Origin: Trichoplax adhaerens
Taxonomy: Eukaryota; Animalia; Placozoa
NCBI RefSeq assembly: GCF_000150275.1
Contig: NW_002060943.1
Location: 4,298,008-4,362,007 of the forward strand
DNA length: 64,000 nucleotides
Direction: 5' to 3'
Made by a program: the position numbers and the translations under genes. The notes beneath the pieces are model-generated. The model worked only from the letters and a program-made list of their open reading frames with translations, was not told the origin of the DNA and made no database searches. Each line of letters opens with the position of its first letter. The first letter of the stretch is position 1. Below, in pieces: positions 54,921 to 64,000 of the stretch.

Positions 54921-57704
54921 TATCCGCACTATTTCTAACATAATTTAATGGTAGATTTTGTTATTACCTGAAAAATAAGGATCGAATTATCAGAAAATTC
55001 CATTTTATTCCTGCTTCCGATCTTATGGTAGTAATGATATATCACAATCATTAGAGTAGGAGTTGGACATATCCGCTGAACCCCTAAATTTTAGATGTTG
55101 GTTCACTTGTTTACAAAACTTGCTATAAATCTGTCAGTTATATCCATCTGTTTCAGGTTAATAACCTGTCATTTACGAGAGATGTTCAAAATTTGTCATG
55201 ATCTAGTCTTTGTTAACAAATGTTAAAAATCTACCACAGATAGATAAAATTATAAGAGTATTACAGTCATCAATATGTAATAATTTAAGCGTAAGTCTTT
55301 GTTGATGTGAATACTGAATTTCATTTCGTAGACATATTACAGAATTTTATTAAAACATAATATTGACAATGTCAATAAAGGCGGAATATGTAAGTATAAA
55401 TGTTTAAATTAATGTTGTAATTTCTTGGCTTCCAATTTCTGGAATTGATCATTGCATTAGAATGGGAGCTTTATGTTATGTAATTGGTTAGGCCATTTTT
55501 GCCGTTTTAATTTTAAAATCGTTAACGTGGCCGTCTTGAAGTTTGGCTAGTAGAAAATGTTTGAGCAGTTGCAAATATATCAGAATTCTTGATTTTTAAA
55601 GTTATGATAAATCCGGCGGAAACGAACAGATTGCTTTAAAGTTATCAGTCTAAACGAAAATATACAACTACCTCGTTTCCTTCCATCCTTCCTGAATTGG
55701 CGGAATATATCAGACTTCTAGGATAATATCGATAACCATTATCAACTTTTCAATAGTACTGCCCGCCAAGTCGGACAGGTAACCCTTCCTTGGCATGAAA
55801 ATTCATCACTAACTTGATAGCTGGTTTTGATGAATTAACATAACATTAAGAAATGGAATAATTTGATTTACTGCTGCAAGCAGTATTATCGCAACCGGCT
55901 GGATGCATCTTTATTTATGACAAAAGATTTCGTATAACCAATATGCATTTATTTATTAGCAAGTTGCGGTAGCCAATGTCACGTTTTACTTCTTTATTAA
56001 CTGTATCATCGCTGATCAATCTGCATCCGTTATATTTCATTTATAGACTTATAATCTAGTTATGTTTTGCTGATTTGGAAAAATATTTTGATAAAATTAT
56101 TACGATAAACATACGTGACTACATTTTTGGCATGATAGACATCTATTCTTTTTTCTATGTTATATTTTAGGTTAAAAATGAAGTAATAATAAGCAATCGT
56201 TCAGTTATGTAATTAATACTTGTTTATGATGCGAAAACGGTCGATCCAATACTGAAGAATACTCTACTGCTACATTGAGTATTTATCGTATCAGTCCACT
56301 TCGGTGAACTGTTTCTTTAACAAAATTAATTTTATGTTTTAGTAAGAATTTAAATTGATTCTACTGTATGTATTTTTAGCACCAATATTGATCAGGTCAT
56401 ACTTTACAGAAAAGGCAAATTAGAATTGTGCAGTGTCCAATGCAGTTACTATTTAATTCCATTGATAATAATTATAGGTAGCAACTTCAATACCTTAAGA
56501 AAAAATTGTAACTAGTACTATAAGTAAAGATTGTAAAAAAAGTAGTTAAAATTGAATTATACCTTTAAATAATGAAAAAAGTAATTATGACATGGGAAAA
56601 AAAATGAAATAATGTGTAATTTAAAAAGCAACATTACAATATCTAGAAATAGACCTGTTTCTAGTTGTTCAATGTATTGATTGATGTTATATAATTCAAT
56701 TTTCTTATATATTTAAATATTAGGTTTTCTTTATTAAATGCAAGCTAAAGTTTTGATTTAATTAGTTGCGATCTAAATAAAAAGTTGATGGAAGGACCTA
56801 AATTTAGAAAACAATATTAAAATATGGAACAATAGTCTCCTTTAGAAGGCTAAAAATATATTCTCAATAGATGAATAAGAGACTAAAGTACCGCGGGCTG
56901 ATTATTAAGTTTGTTGTTTACAGATTATATTAAACGGGGTTATCAGTTCAAATTGTTATAAACAATCTAGTCGACTTTAGTTCCATTTCCTCTATTGATA
57001 ATGGATGTGTGCAGTTGTAATTCTGTGTGGGCAGGCTGTAAATTAATTGATCCTTTTGGTATCTTGAAAGAATAATAGAGACAAACAATGCTTCTAAAAA
57101 TGTCAAGTCGCGATTGCATGATCATGCAACTCATGGTTTATTGTCTTGGTAATACAATTCGGCTAAGCATCAAATAGTTAATCTACTTCAAGTCATTATG
57201 TAGCTTGGTAACGCTATCTTTAGGTCTAAATGTACTGAATTTTAATAGAGATTATAAAAATGGAGAGGAAGTAACGTCACAAAATTTATTTGTGCTTCAT
57301 GATGGATATTTCCTCGGTGTAGCTATATATAAGTGTGCTCATCTAATGCATTTCAACGTCAACTCAATCAGTCTCCAAGTTGTAGATGATCGAACGCTCA
57401 TGAAGATTACCTTCATTTGATTTCATATTGGATCACGTTTATATTAAAGCATATCGTTACATCGTTGGACGTAAACTACTCCTGTATTCCTTGGTTATAT
57501 ACTTGAGTGCTGTAGTATGATTGACTATTCTTGGCTGACATTATACTGACTTTAGGATAGTGTTACCTCGTTAGTCTATACAAACAATCCAATTAATAAC
57601 TATAAGGCTTGGTGGTGGTCGTATCTGATAACTACTGCTCTTCAATTCTCACTCGTTCCTAGTTTCCTTTTAGAACCTCTCTACCGTCTACGAGATAGAT
57701 CAAT

Positions 57705-59031
57705 ATGGCAGTTGGCCATCCAACTCACAGTTCATCATTTTTTATTGATAACATCATTGGCAATCCAAATCAAAGCCAACCATGGTCTGCCTTAACCAAG
57801 ATGGATAAGAAACATTGTCAATCTCAGCAAATATTATCAGCTTCTTCGTCAACTTCACAAAATTTATTGCAAGCTACGTTGCAAGATGCTCCTCCAGCTA
57901 CGTTGAGACGCTCATGCAAACTACAAGTTGAGGATTCTAGTAAGCCAGTAGCCAATCGATCTGATATCAACATAGATTCTAGATTGCGTCATCTACAGCA
58001 ACACGGTATGCCTTTGATTATTAACCACTTGATCGACTTGCATATTATTGCTAGTGGAGACTTAATATATGGTTATTATATATTATACAATTACCGGATC
58101 AAATCTACTATATTGCTGTAATCAGTTGGATACCTATTGATAGTGTCACTTTGTGTCATCATCATTACAAGTTAGCATCAATATAGTACTATCACGTTAT
58201 TCCTTACGAGTAGTATTTCATAAATAATCAAGACTAACATTATGGAAATTACAAGTTAAAATATTCAAATCAATTCAAGTATTCTACCTGTATTGTTTAT
58301 CATATATTTCTTTTTATTTATTTGTGATCATTTCTCGACCATCTGGAGCAATAGCGTTAGACTCCTAATTGATATAGTTTTACTACTGTAGTTATTATTA
58401 AGGCATAAAATATTTTTATTCCTCGTAAAATTAAATTGATCGAGTACCATATTACAGTAGTTATGAAAAGCCAACATAAAAGGAGCAACTGATAGAGTAA
58501 TTTCATTTTTCGTTGTTTGTTATTATTTTTATTATAGAGAAGCAAGAGGAAGATGAAAATCGAGTATTGTCTCATAAGAAGAAAAACAATCAAAGCGATA
58601 CCATGAAAAAAGACCACTTTCCTATTGGTAACGATGATCTTGAAGAATCTTCTACTGAACTTCTCAGTTCATCGATCAAAGATGAACAAGATGAAGATGA
58701 ATCTTCATCACGACAACATCATCGACGACGAATTCTATTCTCATCACAACAAGTAGAAGTATTGCAAAATCGATTCCAAATTAACATTTATTTGTCGCCC
58801 ATTGAACGTGAACAATTAGCAAGAAAGCTTCATTTATCACCTAAGCAAGTTAAAGTGTGGTTTCAAAATCAACGCTATAAGAAAAGAAAAAAGTTTAAAC
58901 AGTCCATGCAAGATTCCTATATTAGCATCGTGAACACCATCGTTACTTCGAATCCGTTTTATGCTAATCCTCACTATCGTGCTCATCCATTGACACGATA
59001 CCAGCCAATTTGTACTACTAGTTATAAGTAA
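57705..59031 (+). CDS. Divergent NK2/NK4-related homeobox gene C (264 aa, 2 exons)
   Basis: Exons 57705-58005 and 58538-59031(TAA), phase 1. eh1/TN motif SSFFIDNII. Acidic stretch, then uninterrupted homeodomain HHRRRILFSSQQVEVLQNRFQINIYLSPIEREQLARKLHLSPKQVKVWFQNQRYKKRKK with Tyr54. Confidence 0.9.
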
Positions 59032-62000
59032 ATTCTCATCAATTTTCCCATTATGCATGCGTAATACCGTATGATCATTGCTTTTTTTTTCAATTTATTC
59101 GTTTTATTTGTAGCCAAAGCCGTAGTATAATAAGTTGATTAAGTACCGTTCTTATTGTTATTATTAAAGATGATTTGAAAATGTTACTTTGTGCTGTAGT
59201 CCTAATAGTATCAGCCGCTATTTAATGATGATTATCTGCCTGTTTACTACGAGCGTCTTGATATACCTTTTAAGAGTTATAAGACTGCTGCTACATAGTA
59301 ATTGTCTTCATTATTTGAATAATAGCATTGTTAATGAAGGTGCTGCTAAAGTGATAATATTAATTAACCTTCGTGTTCAGCTTTATTCCCCATCGCTATT
59401 ATATTATAATAGAAAACCCATTTCCATCATTGTAACTATAACGTTTAATGCTATACAGAATTTATCAAACTATTCTAATTTCCCTCAAATTAAATGGATA
59501 TTAACTTGCTGGTAATGACTATACCAAATATTAGTATACCATGCTCTTTAATCAATTAATTATAAAGCATTGGATGATACAGTTACCGATCATATAGGAA
59601 CTATCCGCCGCGAATATCTTTACACTTTTAAATAGCATTAAAAACATCGACTTTTGGACTTTCTAATACATTCCAGTAGCTCTTCAAGATTTTTCTCTTC
59701 ATTTATTTCATTTTTTAAAATCTTGTCGATGCTTCAAATCATCAATGGGTATCTAATAGAATAGTTACTTTTAAATTTGCCATCGTTTTCGTTCATTATT
59801 GTCTGGATATCTTCATATTTTTTCTTCTATGAATAAGTAAAGATATTGGTACAAGGGAGATTTGAACAAGTTCATTTTCTGGCATTTTAATGGATCCTTT
59901 CTTGATTGGAGCGATGTGGCTGCAATATTCTCCAAGTAAATGAATTACAAAGATAATGTTATTATTTCGCTCTATGGATTATTACAACAAATTTCTCACA
60001 TTGGCAATAGATTTACATCGTCCGATTATGGTAACTTTCGCCATTATTTGAAATTATTTTTTACTAGTCATTGGGTATATTTTGTCTGCTGTTATGGTAT
60101 CCTTCTAAATGACGTTAAGGCTTATTATATTGAATTTAACTCATTTCAAAAAGCAGCACTAAACATTTCTATAGGTATTTTCTGATCTTCATTATTTCAT
60201 GTTATCATTCTCTTATGCAATCTATATGAATACCAACGTATACCATTGATGCAGCTGCTTCCTCCACAATTCTAGTCCATTATTTTTTTTTTATCCTAAT
60301 TCTCTATAATTTATTGTCCAGCAATAGCCGCATGATTATCAATTAAGACGAGTCAGCAATTCATTCTATTCTTGTTAATTAATGCACCTAAACTCTATAC
60401 TACTAATATGACATGATAAATTACAAAAAATACCTATTTTAATCTTCCATAACATTATTTTTTCGGTACAATCTTACTTAATTCTTGTCAGATGATGAAA
60501 ATGATAATTAAAAATAGCACCATCATTATTATAGCAAAGTTATTTTATTCTTGCATACTTCATGCTACATGATCTTTTAGATAAAGCAGGTTACTCTTAT
60601 GCTATAACCATGCAACTAAGTCTATTTTATTTTCTCTTGGTATTATTATATTTTCTCATTCTTGTCATAATACATATATGAAAATAATTGTAGAACTTTA
60701 AAAGTAGTGCTTCAATCAATGAAACTTATAATTCTAAGCTGTATTAACTTTCACTATTATTACTTGTTGCTTAAATATTGCTTAGTAATGTGATTATACA
60801 ATCATGGATAGGTATGTCGAGATCTTTCATTTCAGTGAATCATTTATGAATTGTTGTCGATTCGAAAAGGATGAGCTAAGAATAGATGACAGTTGATCTT
60901 AACTTACTATAAGTGTATGGTTTTATTATTACCAATACTATCATTATTAACTTTACCGTCCAACTTTAATGATAATTTGAAGTATAACTAAATTTCTTAA
61001 TTACAATTCTATTTATGGAAATTAATCCTAGGTCAGATGATTAATCTTTATGGGCTAGCTACAATACAGTATATCAATTAACTTAAATAGATCAATCGAT
61101 TAATATATATTTCTATTGAGATAAACAACTTAACCTTTTATATTAGGTTACAAGTTAAACTATATTGCGTTAGCCCATCCAGTTAGGGTGATTATTACTC
61201 TATTTCATTAATGTAGAGAGTAAGGGCTGTATTTTAAAAAATTTAATTTATAAATTAATGCAATTATTTTTTTCTTACTCTGACATTACATTTTATTTGC
61301 CCTTGAAATTGCCTTTTCACAACTTATCATGTCAAAAAAATCAATTATATTCATATCTAGATGAGAGTCACTATATCAAAAGAGATAGCACTGTAGTTAA
61401 AAATGATTGATGTTTTGTCTTAGGAAATTTTAAGAAGGAAATTAAAATAACTTTATCAAATTATCCTAATAAAATGTTGATTGAAGCGCCTCTCAAAATA
61501 TTTGCGTGTGTTTGCTTTCTTGACAGAGTGATTTGAATTAGAATTTTGCATTTTAAGTATTACCAAAGGAAGTTTAAGAGGTTTCAAGGTCGTAATTACT
61601 TCAATTTATGCCTTTAATATATATCACAGAGCTGCAGAACTTGCCTTCACCTTGCGGTTACATCAATAAATTAATTATAACATTGTTATTTTTCCTATTG
61701 ATGAAATGAAAAATAACAATGTCACTTATCAAAGCTTGATGCAGTTATTGAAAAGTCAAGATGTTACCGTAGTTGTAGTGATTTGGGCTGCTATCTCCAA
61801 ATTAATATTTAAATTACCATGTATCAGAAGTTAAAATATATTATTGCAAGGAAAAGATCTAAATTGAGCTTTTATGCTTAAAGATTGCGACATTTAAGAT
61901 TCTCGACTTATGCCAGCTTGCAGTTTTTTCTTTACTATGATTATATTATTACTCTTGCTTGATATATCGTAAACCTAAATTAGTATAATCAACAAATATT

Positions 62001-64000
62001 ATCGTATGGCATTTTATGACACCTTGTATCCTGTGGAATCTTGGAATATACTAGTATACTGTAGGTTACAATTATCAACATTCTCTATAAGGAATGGAGA
62101 AAAATGAACAATCACTATAAAAAAAGAATCCAGAAAATAGATCATCAGACAATACTGTAATTTCTTGCTATAGTGATTGTTTTGCATATAGGTATTCAAT
62201 TACATACTGTGTAGTAATTGGATTATGCCATTATGTTCTGAAATGTTGCTTTATTTTATTAATTAGACCATTTAAAACCATCGTCACCGCACATATTAGA
62301 TGAGATTCATTACAATTTGGGTCAAAATTTTTATCATGCTAGAGAAGAAAGGATAAGCAATGAAAATTAAAAGTCTTATATACGCATGTAAACGCATTCA
62401 CGGTATATCAGCACAAATACAAAAAATTAAACTTTCATAAGTAAATTTTTAAGGTTAATTCTGAATTCAGATAGAAAGTTGTTAGTGACGCATGTTAAGG
62501 CTTATTATATAATTATGAACCGGAAAATGCAAATTATAATGACGTATATCGAACACTCATTGTACGTAAATCGAGAAATGAATAATTTCTTATGACGTAA
62601 TACGAATTACTTAGGAGTAATAATGCATTAATTGTGGAAGATTGTACAATTCTTTCATGACGTCTAAGGAAATATTGCATAAAAGTATTGTGCAGAAGAT
62701 ATCGCTAATAAATGGAATAGTATTCAGCCGAAGAGTAGTATACCCTTTATATGTAGAGGAGCTATTAAGAATTAAAAAAAACAATTTATTATTTATGATA
62801 GAGGAAATAACGCACATTGTGGCATAATGTATTATAGATTTGATTGTATACGTGATAATAGCATGGGAATGATCATCACTGATTGTTTTCGATTCTGATA
62901 CTATTTCTTGCTAATCAGCTTCATTCCTGGTTTGATGTTTAGCTGTAAGCAATCAACAATTATGATTAACTTGTCATATATTTATTTTAGGTAATATTTC
63001 TCACTGATTAATTCTTATATCACGGCCCAAGCCGGTAATACGGCCTTAAATGCCACTAATATAATATCCTACAATATTGTGATCGAGAAAATTGATAAGT
63101 GCTTAACTGTCGCCAAAATGCATTTGTATTCTTGTGACAAATATATACCTGAAATATTTCTGGGTTTTCTTCTATCTCGAATTATTATCAAGACCAGCTT
63201 TCCGTGATAACTAGAAACTTATTCCTTAAGATTTGTGACATAACCAATATAGCCTCATCCTTATGCGTTGATGATAAATTTATGAACTCTTTCTATTATA
63301 AAAGTAACTCGCCTTTATACCTTCTATCTATATTTACGAGCAGCTACAGAGTATACATACATGAAAATTAATACTAATATACAATATTTCTATCGTATAT
63401 CTTTAGACCTAAATTTTTACTTCTTTTTAGAATACTTAAGAGCGCGTGTAGAACACGAGATCGGTCATTATCAGAACATGATCTGACCTTTGAGCTTTCT
63501 TATGAATTACTTATTTAACTAAGTTACTTGCCCTTACTGGAAAATGAATTGGTTTTGCTATCTATAACTCTAATGATGAGCTATCTGCTGTATAACGATC
63601 GATACAACGTATTTATACTTAATTGTGATCTTCAATAAAATGACATTAATATACTCCGGTGGATCGATTTTAGTGAGCAATAAGCAAACTTCATATCGGT
63701 TTGATGTTTTGGTGAAAAAAGTTGATATTATTGAACCCTAAGTGTTGATAAAGACTTTGCTCCCTTTGATTATTGACATAAATATATCAAAAGCATTACA
63801 AAAATTCTATACAGTATATGTCATTGATACATGAGGTGAAAGAGCAATGTTGTATTAGTGCTATCATCAAAGTTTATTAGAATTGAATACTTTATGGTTA
63901 ATTTTTTTATGTGATGGAATAGAAATTCTATATTCTTGCTATCATCATAGTCTTTTTGAATGGAACACTTAATGATCAATTTTTGTATCACGTATTGCTT

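Noticed and set aside
57610-57620. GLI-like TGGTGGTC in the gene C proximal promoter
   Set aside because: Imperfect match to TGGGTGGTC, single copy, no independent support.

Overview
AT-rich, intron-containing animal genomic DNA. The short introns, apparently undepleted CpG, divergent GABA-B-like receptor and NK2 gene set suggest an early-branching metazoan, most plausibly a placozoan; this is inferred, not shown. I rebuilt six spliced + strand genes by hand from GT-AG boundaries and frame continuity. (1) A class C GABA-B-like GPCR (13 confident exons, 4407-12322; 5' end uncertain). (2) An ankyrin-only ANKS1/Caskin-like gene (16261-19903, 289 aa). (3) A divergent actin (23961-25328, 376 aa) with one intron at position 84/85 and a promoter carrying two perfect CArG boxes plus GATA and NK2-type sites. 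(4-6) Three tandem NK2-class homeobox genes (28405-29470, 42308-49661, 57705-59031) separated by long non-coding tracts. There is also an orphan exon with a TGF-beta receptor/Ly6-type Cys box (about 14496-14646). The most interesting candidate system is an SRF/GATA/NK2-type actin promoter sitting directly upstream of an NK2 triplet, a possible proto-myogenic regulatory block. I found no supportable RNA gene, CRISPR array or intact transposon. Comparisons to human proteins are from memory and need checking by alignment.
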